64,000 bases of DNA from Camelus dromedarius (GCF_036321535.1 NC_087436.1:91576001-91640000), one strand, 5' to 3'. Numbered from the stretch's first letter, positions 1 through 13,625 are shown. Notes: generated by a model from the sequence alone, not told the origin. Made by a program: numbers and translations.

Positions 1-363
1 TCACAGTATCACATAACTCTATTGATGCAGTATGAAGATTCAACAGATGCAAATGACCAAGAACGGCAGACTTTTAGGATCTGGTCTGGTGACAAAGGCC
101 CTTAAGACTAGCCTGCCTGGAAGTTTGCTGTGGGCCTGTTGAGCTTATTTTGTTAAATAAGAATAGTGACATAAAGTTGTGGGTAATCCTGAGCTATATG
201 TTCTTCGATGTTAGCATTCTTCACTGACAGTAAATTGGATTTTAGAGGGAAGCATTACTGGTTTGTTTTTTTTTTAAGTCTCAAAGGCAAGATTTGCCAT
301 TTGCCTTTTTAATATTAATAAAGGCAAAGTTGAACATTGAATAACTTTTTGTTCAAGTAGCTC

Positions 364-479
364 ATGAGCTCCAGGAACACAAGGACGTATTTGTCTTGGT
401 GAACCCTCTGTCCCCAGCGCTCAGCCCAGACCCTGATACAGTCAGCACTCACTTAGTGCTTGTTCAATAAATGAATGGA
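364..479 (+). mobile_element. L2 LINE 3' end fragment
   Basis: tgagctcc...tccccagcgctcagcccagaccctgataca...ttgttcaataaatgaatg follows the canonical L2 3' terminus. Confidence 0.75.
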
Positions 480-512
480 CAAGTCATTTTTTTAAATAGT
501 TAAAGCTATCCC

Positions 513-762
513 AATAATAATTATCACATATTAAATGATTACCACATGCCAGTTACTGTGTAAACATATAAAGGCAATACATTATTAATAAAATTCCCAT
601 AAAGTAGACACTGTTATTAACCTCATTTTACAAATGAAGATATGGATATGGTGGCCCCAAGGAGTCAAGTATTTTTCCAGTTATATAAAGTAAGTGTTAG
701 CTCAACAATTCAAACCCAAATAATCTGGTTCTCGATTATGTGCTCCTAAACACTGTACTGTA
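513..762 (-). mobile_element. MIR SINE
   Basis: Reverse-complement MIR core (ctcattttacaaatgaaga) and attcaaaccc (B-box side), about 250 bp. Confidence 0.75.
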
Positions 763-929
763 CACTCTAACTTAGTAGGAATTAATCCATTATTGTCATC
801 TTCAAGCCAATCTTTCAGTCTTAGTATTTCACAGATTTGGTTTAAACTGTCTTCAAATCTCATTTTTCTCTTCTTTGGTATAAGATATCAAACTGGTGGT
901 CATCGAATTTATATTCTCCACCTACTTAT

Positions 930-1845
930 TAATTATCATCCCTACTTGAATGTCTCACAAGTATCTCTAACTCAATAACACAGAAAAATCCTTGATACTT
1001 GGTCTCATAAAAGGCACCAACATCCAGGAAAAGAAACTGGAATTCACCCACGATGCTGCAGTCCCTGTCACTTCCCTCATCCAACCCATCACCAGGTCTT
1101 GAATTCTCTACCCTACACATCCTTTAGCATCTTTCATCTTGTCTGCATTCCAGTGGAAGCCACCATCACCTCTTCCCACTTAATGTGGAGAACCTCCTGT
1201 AAGTGGTTTTGGAGCAATATCTCTTGTCTCTTTTAAAATCTACTATCTTTAGAGCAGCTGAACTGATCTCTGAAAAACAAAGCAAACAAGCAAACAAGTG
1301 CCAAATCTGGTTTTAATATTCTTCTGTTTAAAACCCTTTAGTAGCTTCTCCACACTTTTTAGATTAAGTGCAGGACTCTTAACGTAGCCGAAATATCTCT
1401 GCATAACCTGGTCCTTCCTCTCTGCCCAGCATCATTTCCCAGCTTTCCCTGCGGCTTCCTATCTCACAGCCCTCCTGGATAATCGTCAGTTCCTCAGCTT
1501 CCTTCCACTGAGACACCTTTATACATGGATTCCTGTCTCACTGGAAATTTCTTCTCTTCTCAACTTGACCCTGTCAATACCTACTCACCTATTCACCCTT
1601 CTTGTCCCTGATTATAAGTTACTACCGTAAAAAAATTTCCTCCAAACTCCAGTTTAGATTATGAGCCCCTGTCATACACCCCAATAGAACCCAGTACTTT
1701 TCTTCCAAATTATAATTTTAATTTAATTGTAAGCTTATTTTCTCTACTAAAATGTCAGACACATGAGCACAGAGTCAGACCTTCCTGACTTACGGCCATC
1801 TAACACAGTGCTTGGCTAACAGAGGTGTCCCAAAGATATTTGATA
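930..1845 (+). mobile_element. L2 LINE fragment
   Basis: Pyrimidine-rich L2-like motifs (catccaacccatcaccagg, aagccaccatcacctctt, cttctgtttaaaaccctt) ending in ctaacacagtgcttggc...atatttga. Confidence 0.7.
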
Positions 1846-2014
1846 CGTGATACATTTCTAACAGAACAAAACAGGACAGTAGCAAGTAATACCTATGCAT
1901 CTCTGGCTGAATGATTTCTGAATTAATTTACAGAAGTTTCAAGAATCTTCATTTTTTAATCTCATCTACATAGTTTAACCAAATGAAGCATTTGTGTTTT
2001 AAACCACAGACATC

Positions 2015-2026
2015 AAAAAAAAAAAA

Positions 2027-2065
<39 letters not shown>
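2015..2065. repeat. Compound microsatellite (A)21(GA)n
   Basis: Directly visible. Confidence 0.98.
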
Positions 2066-2068
<3 letters not shown>

Positions 2069-3019
2069 AGACCCACAATGTTTAGCTTGTGGGCAAAAAA
2101 AGAGACAGAAATGGCACCATTGCTCCTCCTGCTTAACGCCTGCTCCTATTTCCAAAGTAGAAAATGTCCTTGTTCTTGCACCAGCTGGATGTGAGAGGTG
2201 AGGAACTTTTAAGACCCTTCTTAGACCAACTCCTGGCTGTAGCCGATTCTCTGTGGTGGATTTGCTTGCTCTGAATGAAAATGTTTTTAGAGGTAGAATC
2301 AGGCCTCAGAGTGTCAAGGGGAGAATAAGGTGTGAACCGCTTTATCAGACATTTAACATGTAACATACGCCATGATTTTCTGCCTAAGTTCTCAGCTTCT
2401 GTACTTTGCAAAGAGACAAGATTGCAGAGGAGCGTGAGGGATGAGAGGTACTGTCACAGCTGTGGGAAAGTGGAATCTGCCATCGGCCTCAGAGGATGCT
2501 TCCAATTTAATTCTCCTTCTAATTAAGGAATAAAGAAGAGGAAAAAAAAATCATCAGGCCTGTGTTATGAAGGAAACTATAAGTGTTTTTAATTCACGGA
2601 GTGGTAGATCTGTATCTGCAAAACATTCCTAGAGGCAAGACTCTCAGCCTAGAACAATGTCAGGCCTACGCTGTCTTTGGTCCTTTCCCTGAATGGTCCT
2701 CTAATGTATCTTTTCTAATGACTAAAGTGGAACATCTTGGCAGTGACATCAGCAAGTGAGGTGAGTGAATGTACAGGCTGACTGTGTCAAATCACATAGC
2801 TGTGTCTTATAATCATGTTTCCAGTCCAAGAGCCGTATTCTGTATTCTGGTCACAGGGTAAAGACAGAAAACTATTACTAAGTGAGACACAATTGTTGCA
2901 TCTTGTGAACATTGGCTAAGTTGTTTCTGCCAGAATATATATATATATATATCTTTTATTACCACTTATTTTAACAAACTCAAACTGACATTTTTTATTG
3001 ACAACAAAAAATATATTGA

Positions 3020-3250
3020 GAAGGATGTGTAGCATGATGGTTAAAGACACAGACTTTGAAACCATAATGGGTTTAAATCTCAAATGTAGCATGAGTCTAT
3101 GACTTCGATGTTGATATTTAACCTTTGAAATGCAGTTGCTTAGTGTAAAATGATAATATTATGTCTCAGGGGTTTTTGTAAAAATTAAATGAAATGACAC
3201 ATAGAGTATTATGTTTCTTGAATAATATAGGAACTCAATGAATATTAATT
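3020..3250 (+). mobile_element. MIR SINE
   Basis: tgtagcatgatggttaaagacacagactttg...gggtttaaatctc...tgtaaaatg...aattaaatga: tRNA-derived head, core and tail. Confidence 0.75.
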
Positions 3251-3389
3251 CTTCTTATTATAGAGAAAAACTATTATTATTATTGAGATTTCATTATCTA
3301 CTATCTTCAAGAAATCTAGAATGGAAGGTTTTACTGCTAAAACATGTGTCTTTAACCTGAAGAGATTATTTCCACTTCCCTGCCATGAC

Positions 3390-3540
3390 TGAGGTATTAT
3401 CTTCTCATTTGCTTTTTACAACAGTAAGGGAACTCAGAGAAGTTCGGTAGCTTTTCTAAGGTCAATCAGTTAATTCAGGAGCCATAACTAGAACTCACAT
3501 CTCCTATTTCTGGGTGCCATGCTTGAAACTACACCAGTGT
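3390..3540 (-). mobile_element. MIR SINE fragment
   Basis: actcagagaagtt...tctaaggtca...actagaactca, reverse MIR core. Confidence 0.6.
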
Positions 3541-3817
3541 GGTCTTCATAATGTAGATTATGATCATCTTTAGTATAGCAGTAAGGAATGAAATAATGTG
3601 CTCTCTTAAATGTTACCTTCTCAAGCATTTTTTTCTCCATGGCACCCCGGGTCCTGTAAGGTTCTCTGTTGCCGCAATGTCAAAGAGGATGATTAGGTTC
3701 ACTATTTTGCTGACCAAAAGTCATTAGGAAGATTGCACTAAATTCTCAAATTTAAATTACATCATGATGTAGAAATCATATGAAATGAAAGATTTAAATA
3801 TCAAATCTAGTTGTGAA

Positions 3818-3987
3818 TATTTATATATATATAGTAATTATATATAATATAATATATATATAATATATATTATAATATATATAATATAATTATATATAAT
3901 TATATATATATATAATTACTATATATATAATATATATATAGTAATTATATATATATATATAATTATATATAATTACTTATATATAAG

Positions 3988-4039
<52 letters not shown>

Positions 4040-4042
4040 CTT
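3818..4042. repeat. Interrupted (TA)n repeat with nested palindromes
   Basis: About 225 bp almost pure A/T, punctuated by agtaatt/aattact units. Confidence 0.97.
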
Positions 4043-5619
4043 AAACTAAAGTATTTCCAATACATAAAATACTTTTCTTAGAATAAACAGGTAGGACTTT
4101 CAGAAATATTTCTAGAGTACAATTATCCTTCAGCTCTGTAAGTCTGGAATTTGATGGTAGTGCTGAAAGGATGAAAGGAACTTTAATTCATTTGCAAATT
4201 TATTCTTACAGGTAAATATACACAGTTTCAGTAGATCAGTAGAACCCAAATTAATAATCCATTAATATCTTTCAGTGACCAGATTGCTCAATACCATCAT
4301 ATATTTGGCACTAAAATAAAAAGATATATGTATTTTTGTGTGTGTTGAGCAGTGTGTTGATACATAAGTACACACACACACACACTCACAATCCTCTTAA
4401 ACCCAAACCTGGACATAAATGTTTAGATTTTTTTATAAGAACAGAAAAAATAACTACTATGTGTTAAAAATAAATTTAAACAAAGCGTAGGACCACCACA
4501 GTCACCAATATTAAATTACTGATTTTAGAAATTACTTCATAAACATATTGTTGAAAAATAGTTCAAATATAGTTTTCTAATGGAGACATATAAATCATTG
4601 CCAGTAGAATAAATTGATCTTCCAAAGGAGTGAAAACAAAACAATTATTTGTAGACCAAGTCACTGACTTACTTTTAGTGTCAATTAGCAAACTGTGTAA
4701 GCAATACATTATATTCTATAATCTATATAATTGAATCAAAATAAATGGATTTGTAATTAATGTCTTGAAGTTTAATTTATTAGAATTTTAAAATGTGGAT
4801 CTAGACTTTTATAGCAATGGTTTTTTTTTAATCACACAGCTGTCAATAAAAATTATTTTTTCTTTGATTTTCTACTATAATACCAGTATCACTTGACAAT
4901 TCTTGTAGTCTGCACTTTCAATTCTTACACAGTAGTGTTTTTTTTAAATTTCTCTTGGCCTATAGTTTATACTCAAAAGTAAAGCTTTTCATGAATTCTG
5001 CTTCTTTTTCCTACTTACATCTTCTAAATTCTGGTGGCTGTTAGTAACACCCTCACTAGATCCAAATTTTATGCAACTCTGGTTGAGGTTCAATGCTTCC
5101 TCAAGAATCTATCCTCTTTAGAAGCTCATTCTTTTTATTGTTTTGCTTGGACAAGCTTCAATTTTCATTTGGTAAAACACTATGAGAAAATAATCACATT
5201 TTTTTGTACTTAAAGCTGCTTCTAAAAGGTCTTCTTTAATCCATAGATTATTAGAACTCCTAACATGTTTTAGAAGCCATCTAGTCAAACATCTGAGAGA
5301 TATTTTTTTGCACACTAAACCCTATTTCATCCTTACCATAAACCCATGATGTGGTTATTATTCATCTCTTTTATACCAGAGATAACCAGGACAATGGAGA
5401 GTTATCTAATTTAGTAAATTAACACACTCAGTAACTACTTACACAAAATTCTCTGCTATTTCTACTGTAGTTTACTGTCATCTTACTGCTTGAAGGTGCA
5501 AATGCTCGTGAACATGATACTTCAAGATTAAAAGTGTTAAAGGACTTGATCAAAGACTGAGGAGTTAAAGGCAAAGAAAGGTGAAGTGCCCAGATGAAAA
5601 TCTCTAAGTCCTGTTCCTA

Positions 5620-6130
5620 GCAAGTATCAGGCCCTGTGCTGGACACTGGACAACAAAGATAGATGACACATTTCCTGCTCTTGAGGGGATCACAGTCTGG
5701 TTGGAAAAATAACTCTACCGTTAAATATGGCCTGTGAATACTGCAGTCTATAGACTCAGAGAAGGGAGTGACTGCGGTTGCTTAAGGAAAGGTGGGGAAG
5801 CTTTCACACAAGAGGAAACACTCTGAATTGCCTTTCAGAAGCATAAATAGAAGTGATGCAGAGCAAAAGGGAAGACATCTACTTCATGAAGAGACTTTTG
5901 CCAGTGTAAGCAGGCAATGCCACCACAACATGGAGATGAAACTGGAAAAGTAATTTGGGAGTTGATTGTAAAATGCCTTACACCCTATAGTACAAATCAG
6001 AGTCTTTGACATTTAGATAATGGGAATGGAAACCATCATATTACTTTTCTTTTTTTTCCCCCAGAAAAGTAACATTTATATAGATCATGGCTCAAAAGAT
6101 AACACTGGTTAGCATTGTGAAAGATAGATA
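5620..6130 (-). mobile_element. L2 LINE fragment
   Basis: caggccctgtgctggacactgg...cctgctcttgaggggatcacagtctgg is the reverse L2 3' end, followed by purine-rich L2 body. Confidence 0.7.
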
Positions 6131-7232
6131 TTAAGACATTGACATTCACAGATATTAATGACATTGATATTCATAAAATTAGAAAAACTTTACAGGGATG
6201 AACCCCTAAGGAATATATAACAAATATTATATTTTAAGTACTTATGCTAATAAAGACCTAATTTTTTATTAACATATTTTAAAATATATTATATATAAAT
6301 GTATACTTATATATTATATATTTAATATATACATTTTTTTAGTTAAATCTGTATTATTTTATATAATGGAAAGCTTATTTTCCTAGGATACTTATATAAC
6401 CTCTTAACATATATTTCCAATATCTAGTCTAAAAATCAAAATACTATAAAGAATAGTGAATATCATATATAACTATGTACATATTTATATATTCATAAAT
6501 TGTAAACTTTTTCTTATTTTATAGGAAGAATTTGAGCATGTCTCTAAAATATTTTTACTCACTCAGTAGCCACAGCTCTAATAAGCAGATTATGATTTTG
6601 TGTAAGCAATTACAGCTGATATAACTGTCTTGAAATTCTATAAAAAATTCAATATTACTGACAGCTCTTTTAGGTTGCATTCTAGCTCAGATTCTTGACA
6701 AATACTTTAATATAGTATATTTGTTTAAAGATACGAGAAGTCATATCATAATAATGACAATAATAATCATGTCAGAGTTAGATTCTGACATTGTCACCAA
6801 GTGCTACCTTATTTTTTCCCTCCTTCCCATCAATAGATGAGTCTATTTCTCCAGAAAATAAACCACTAGATTTGTCTAGCTACCTCTTAAACACAAAGGT
6901 GAAGTAGAACTTTAGTTGAGAAGGCTTGGAGAAGAACAGGTAATTGCTTTCAAGCGTAAAAGTAAGGGAATGGAAGTGGGCTAATTCCTAGTCACTGTAG
7001 CTCCACAGGATAGAACTAGGACCCAAGACAGAAAGAGCAGAGATAAAGATTTCAGTTGGCCATACAAAAAGGTTTTAGAGGTATTGAAATTTGACTGGAA
7101 ATATTCAGTGGATGGTTAAGAAGAAGAAAGTTATAATTTGGCAGACGTTCTATAAAAAGAATTAAACGTTGAATGGTTGGACTGAGACAATGGTTGTCCA
7201 GTGGAGGGAAAAGGCTTAAGAAAAATAGAGTA

Positions 7233-9569
7233 CAGTATCCCTTTATTTGATTGTGCTTCAGTTTATTGCATTTTTTTTTTTTAAGAGTCGAAGGTTTGTA
7301 GCAACCTTGCATCTAGCAAGTCTATCGGTGCCATTGTTCCAATAGAATTTGTTCACTTCGTGTCTCTGTGTCACTTTTTGGTAATTCATACAGCATTTCA
7401 AACCTTTCATTGTTATTTTATTTGTTATTGTGATCCACATGTCTTTGATGTTACTACTGTAGTTGTTCTGGAACACCACAAACCACACCCATGTAAGATG
7501 GCAAACTTAATGGATAAATGTATATGTTCTGACTGCTCCCTCAGCCAACTGTTCTCCATCTCTCTCTCTCTCCTCAGGCCTCCCTGTCCTCTGAGACACA
7601 AGAATGTTGAAATTAAGCCAATTAATAGTGATTTAATGGCCTCTAAGTGTTTGAGTGAAGAATCGTACGACTCTCACTTGAAATCAAAAGTCAGAAATAA
7701 TGAAGGTAAGTGAGAAAAGTGTATTGAAAGCCAGGAAAGGCTGAAAGCCAGTCCTCTTGAGCCAAATAGCCAAGTTGTGAATGCAAAGGAAAAGTTCTTG
7801 AAGGAAATTAAAGGTGCTACTCCAGTAAGCACAAGAATGATAAGCAAGCAAGACAGGCTTACTGCTGATATGAGAAAGTTTAGTGGTCTAAATAGAAGAT
7901 CAAACCAACCACAACACTGCATTAAGCCAAAGCCTGATCCAGACAAGGACCCTACTCTCTTCAATTCCATGAAAGATGAGAGAGATGAGGAAGTTGCATT
8001 AAAAAAAGAAGTTTAAAGCTAAAAGAGACTGGTTCCTGAGGTTTAAGGAAAGGCACCATCTCCATAACATAAAAGTGCAGGGTGAAGCAGCACATACTGA
8101 TGTAGAAGCTGCAGAAAGATCCAGCTGAGATCATCAATGAAGGGGGCTGCACTAAACAACCGATTATCAATATAGATGAAACAGCCTCATATTGGAAGAA
8201 GATGCCATTAGGAATTTCATAGCTAGGGAGAAGTCAATGCCTGGCTTTGAAGTGCCAAAGGACATGCTGACTTTCTTGTTAGGGCTAATGCAGCTGGCGA
8301 ATTTAAGTCGAAGGCAGTGCTCATTGACTATTCCAAAAATTTTAGAGCCCTTAAGAATTATGCTAAATTTACCCTGCCTAGGCTCTCCAGATGAAACAAC
8401 AAAGCCTGGATGACAGCATATCTCTTTACAACATGGTTCACTAAATATTTTAAGCACTGTTGAGCTTTACTGCTCAGAAAAACAGATTCCTTTCAAAATA
8501 TTAATGCTCATTAGGAATGCAACTGGTCACCCAAGAGCTCCAGTGGAGATGCACAATGAGACTAATATTTTCATGCCTGCTGACAATATCCATTTTGTAG
8601 CCCATGGACCAAGAAGCTATTTTGGCTTTCAAATCTCATTATTTAAGAAATACATTTGTAACTTTATAACTGCTACAGATAGTGGTTCCTCTGATGAATC
8701 TGGGCAGAGTCTTCTGGAAAGTCTTCACCATTCTAGATGCCGTTAAGAACACTAGTGTGAAAAGGTCAAAGTATCAACATTAATAGAAGTTTGGAAGAAG
8801 CTGATTCCAACACTCATGGGTGACTTTGAGATCTTCAAGACTTGAGTGGAGGAAGCAAATGCATATGTGGTGGAAAAGGCAAGAGAACTAAAATTAGAAG
8901 TAGAGTCTGAAAATGAGACTGAATTGCTGCAATCTCATGATAAAACATTAGAGGATGAGATGTTGCTTCTTATGATTGAGCAAAGAAAGTGCTTTCTTGT
9001 GATGGAATCTACTCCTGGTGAGGATGTGAAGATTGTTGAAATGACAACAAACAATTTAGAATATTGCATAAACTTAGTTCATAAATCAGCAACAGGGTTT
9101 GAGAGGACTGACTTCAATTTTAAAAGAAATTCTACTGTGGGTAAAATGCTATCAAATGGCATTGCATGCAACAGAGAAATTGGGAAAGGAAGTCAATTGT
9201 CAATGCAGCAAAATTCATGGTTATCTTATTTTAAGAAATTGCCACTGTCAACCCAGACTTCAGCAACCACTACCCTGATCAGTCAACAGCCATCAATATG
9301 GAGACAAAACCCTCCACGAGCAAAAAGATTACTCTGAAGTCTCAGATGATGATTCGCATTTTTCAGCAATAAAGTATTTTTCATTAAATATGTACATTGC
9401 TTTTTTTTAGACAGAATGCTATTGCACACTTAAAAGACTATGATATAGTATAAGAATAACTTCTTTATACACTGAGATACCAAAAACTTTCTGTGACTTA
9501 CTTTGTTTTGAAATTCACCTTATTGCCATGGTCTGGAGCCAAACCCATGATATCTCCAAGGTGAGCTTG
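7233..9569 (+). mobile_element. Tigger1 (Tc1/mariner, pogo-like) DNA transposon, near full length, transposase disrupted
   Basis: Starts cagtatccct..., ends ...tatctccaaggtgagcttg, flanked by TA at 7231-7232 and 9570-9571. ORF fragments NAKEKFLKEIKGATPV (7777-8016) and [11 protein letters not shown]...LLQSHDKT...STVGKMLSN...ISQQPS (8846-9337) match Tigger1/TIGD1-type transposase with frameshifts and stops between them. Confidence 0.95.
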
Positions 9570-12079
9570 TATGTATCATTAAGAAAATATTTGTGGCGGT
9601 TTTTTTTGGTATTCCTAATCTCCCGTTTTCCAACCAGTTGTGAACCACTAGAATTGGTCTTTGAGTTTTCTATTTCTTTTAGAATTATTTTTTTTCTAAC
9701 ATGAAATAATGCATTGCAATAATTTAAAAAATATTATTTGATTTTTTTCTTACATTTGGTTCAGGTTTAATGTTTTAACAATATTATTTAGAGTTCTGGG
9801 GAAACAAAGCTTTTCTCAACCCCTGAAACCATTTCCTGAATGTAACTTTTGTAGGTTAATGGTTCTCAATTATATCCACTCCCTAGTTTTTGTCTTTTCT
9901 ACACAGAGTCTTAATTTTTCAGGTGTATTCATGTGGAAAGCTTAGTAATAGGCATAATTATAATTTTAGGAAGAGTCTTTAATTTTTAAAATTCTTTATT
10001 ATCGCAATAAAATTTCACTTTCTCTCTGGTGCAGAAGATAGAAGTTTTAAACTTAGGTCACATAAAGTGAATTCTTTATTATAAGCTGTCTAATTTGATA
10101 TTCTCTAGGTGACGAAGGCAAGTTCTAAGAGAATCATCATTTTTGGGACATGTGTTTAATAATGACACTTGTATTCTGCTGTCTGAATTTCCCATAAAGA
10201 AAAAGCAAAGCAGCCCTTTTAATTAAAGTCTCAAGTAATTACACTGTTTAATAGAATTAAATTTGAAAAAAACCTCAAAAATGAATTGATTATAAAGAAA
10301 AGTTTCTTTTGTATTTGCAACATGAGCTCTGAATTAATCCAGTATCATGAATACTTAGCTTCATTATTATAATTCTTCAATTAAAGATTTATCATCCATT
10401 AAAAAGTGTCATAGTCTTAACATTCATCACTGGTTATTCCATCAAACAATACATGATGAAGCTATTAGGCTAAACAAATTAAAATTAACACTACAAAGGG
10501 ATGAATATTTTATTTGCCTAGGAATTAGCATGTAACTACTCCCTTTAACTTTTAATCTCATTAATAAGACTGAAGCTCCAATAATAGATTTTAGAAAATA
10601 TCTGTGCTAAATCTTTAAGACTGCATTAAGTTATATGTAAACTATTATAAGCCTCAGGTTTCATCTGTTACTTGTTTACATGTGTGCACATCATGTCTAA
10701 GGTGTTAAATGACGTGCGTGTTGGCACAGCTACTTAAAGAGCTACCAGGGTGGAGGAGCAAAGACGGAAGGGTGCTCAGACTATGCTACCAGAGTTAAGG
10801 AATCCCACTCTAATAGAGTTGAAAATGTCCTAAAATTCTGGGCTATAGTTTTCTGAAAGACTGTAAATTATTGATACCACCTGCACTCCTCCTCTCCCAA
10901 TTCTATTTGAGCAATTTTTTTTTTTTGGCAAAAAATAGCATATTAATCCATTAACTAGTCTCTAGAAATAGTCTGTTGACATATTTCTCTCTACAGTTTT
11001 CAAAAAATGCGCCACATTGATAGATACTGAAATTGATGAAGATATTTGAATTTTAATGCAGATTAGACTATCTTATGAAGTAGAGCTTGACTTTCAGTTA
11101 TAATAGAGGAAGACAGCCATGTAACGTTAACTGTAGTAGGAAGCTGATGAAAGCTCTTGCTGGTATTTGTGAACCCTGCTGAATAAGTTTGCGCTCAGCA
11201 CTCAGACAAAATTTAAATAGGTTAATCAAGCCATTTGAGATCAGAGTTACTTAGTGTGACTGTAAATACTCTGCTTTAAATGTCAAGGATCTTGTGGGGG
11301 CATCAAGGTGTGGAGACTGACTTAAGAGCCAGGCCAAAGGTGGGAGAGAGAAGGATGTACAGCTGTTTACACGCTGATAATCTACCGCTTAAACTCTGCT
11401 CTCTCCTTGTACCACTTGCTGAGTTTCACACTTCTACACCTTTGTTCTCTTATTTTCTGGGCATTTTGGGACCACTTGAATTTCCTTATTGCCTTCACTT
11501 TGTCTTTCATAAGATAATTTCTTTTTAAAAATCTCTTATTGTAATAATGTATGCATATTTCTTTTATATTTTCCTTGTAAGCTCTCTTGAAGACAATGAA
11601 AATGCTTAATCATCTATACACCACATAACACATTACTTTTCTTCGTACATAGTTGTTTCTTAATATACGGTTGAATAAATTCAGTGAAGGGGGTGATGTA
11701 TTTATAAGATATTGAAGAGATGAATTGGGAGTATTTGGGAACTCCTTGTAGGTCCATCAGAGTTGATTCTGAAATCAGTATGAACACTCCATAATGAAGA
11801 AAAAGATGCACATATCACCACTGTCATTTGTAGGGTGTAGGTGGAAATATCAGAGTTTTAGGTGCTAAACTACTTTGGTAACATCTCTTTATGTCTTAAT
11901 TTTAAGAAAAAAAAAAACACTAGAAGGGAATAAATGAGGTAAATAATTTTGTTTCCACCTCAGAATGACTACCTTCGAAATTATGGCATTTGCTAATTTC
12001 TATTTGGGAGTACTTGGTACCATGTAGAAACTCTGGATTTAATTTTCCCATCATAATTACGTAGGGAACGTCTATCAGA

Positions 12080-12240
12080 GTAGACTGAAAAGAGTGTAAA
12101 TGTCAGGGTTCCAGCAGTGGCTTCTCCATTTATGACTCATATCAAATTATTTCTCTGAGCCTTAGTTTCCTAGTCTGTAAAACGAGATCAATCACATACT
12201 CTTTACTATGATACTAAGGAAATACAGATATTTTGAAGGC
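12080..12240 (+). mobile_element. MIR SINE fragment
   Basis: MIR core tctctgagccttagtttcctagtctgtaaaacgagat. Confidence 0.75.
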
Positions 12241-12569
12241 CTCGTTAACCAGCAGTATTAAGAGTGAAGGAAAGGTTGATGTGACCGCAGACCTACATAC
12301 AATTAGATTGACTTGCAATTCATTTTAGATGTGTAGAAGTCACCTTATAAAATGAGAATGTATTTAGAGGGTTTATAATACCAATCTTATGATCTTAAGT
12401 TGAATATAGTAAATTCATATAAAATTCATAACAATAGATAAGGACAAGCTTTAAAATTAAAAAAAAAGCAATAGATCTTTATCTTGTTTCAAAAAGCCTT
12501 GATTACTTCTCATATAAACCCACTCTGCTATAATCTGGGATCACATACCTAGATTTCTGATCATCAAGA

Positions 12570-12860
12570 ATGATTATTATAAACTATTTTAGGTGTAACA
12601 ATGATAGTTAAGGAAAAATTTACATTTTTATAGATACATACTAAGGTATTATGAATGAAATAGCATGGGGGCTAGGATATGTTTTAAACTAATTTAACAG
12701 GAGGCTAGCGCAGAGGGGTGCATATGGATAAAAGAAAATTGGCCACCTGTTAGTAATAGTTGAGGCTGGGTGATGCCTGTATGACGTTTATTATACTGTT
12801 CTCTGCCATTTGTTTGTTTTTGAATTTTTTCATAATAAAACATTGAAAAGAAAAAAAAAA
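12570..12860 (+). mobile_element. Old L1M (L1MC/ME-type) 3' end
   Basis: agttgaggctgggtgatg...tttattatactgttctct...tgaattttttcataataaaa plus A-rich tail; AATAAA at 12834-12839. Confidence 0.75.
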
Positions 12861-12967
12861 GTGAGCCATGTTTGACTTATGGATGATTCCCTACCCAGGC
12901 GGCACTGTTTCTCATCTGAAAGGATAGACAATCCTAAGAGCCCGTTACAGCCCCCACCCTGCCCCAC

Positions 12968-13310
12968 TGTAAAAGAACAATGCAGTGATGTGCTCAGCAA
13001 CATACATCCATTTCAGAAACATCATGGTGAGCCAAAGAAGCCAGATAAAAATGTACCATACGAACTCATATATATGAAGTTCATGAACAACCAAAACATC
13101 TATGGTAACAGTAATAAAGACAGTGGAAAAGTGGTTGCCTCTGGAGCAGTGGGTGGAGAGAAGAATTGATTTGAGTGGGGCCCCAGGAAACTTTTTAGGA
13201 TGATGGAAATAATTTGGGGGATTTAATACAGGGGCATACATTTGTTTCATCATCTGAGCACTTAAGATATGTGTAATTTACAGTATATAAATTGTACTTC
13301 AATTAAGCAT
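12968..13310 (+). mobile_element. Old L1M (L1MD/ME-type) 3' UTR
   Basis: gagccaaagaagccaga...atatgaagttca...gtggttgcctctgg...cacttaagatatgtg...aaattgtacttcaatt. Confidence 0.75.
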
Positions 13311-13464
13311 TGTTAGTTTTTTTAATTAAGACTTTTTAAAAAAAGATTGGAATCTAAAATGGATTGTCTGTTAATCACATAGTTTAACTGGCAGTAGTGT
13401 ATGTGTATACATGTTTTTCAAAGATTATCCAATATTATTTATAATGATTATGTTGGAATTACTT

Positions 13465-13625
13465 TAAGATTTAGAAAGAGACTTCAGTATCACCTATTCC
13501 GATTTCATAATTTTGTTAACATGGAAAATGAGGTCCAGAGAAGTTAATTGATTTGAACCAAGCCAAATATTAAATTAAAGCAGGTTTGAGACTCAGATAT
13601 TCTTGACTTCCCTTATTGGTTCTGT
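13465..13625 (-). mobile_element. MIR/MIR3 fragment
   Basis: ggaaaatgaggtccagagaagttaattgatttg, reverse MIR core. Confidence 0.6.

Noticed and set aside
1949..2201. ORFs with poly-K/RE or SL/F runs
   Set aside because: Translations of the (A)n(GA)n microsatellite
3020..3540. Inverted MIR pair as a dsRNA or editing substrate (also 44045-44880)
   Set aside because: The copies appear too diverged to pair extensively and there is no evidence of transcription
7777..9337. Functional TIGD1-like transposase gene
   Set aside because: Reading frame is split by multiple frameshifts and stops inside an ordinary Tigger1 copy
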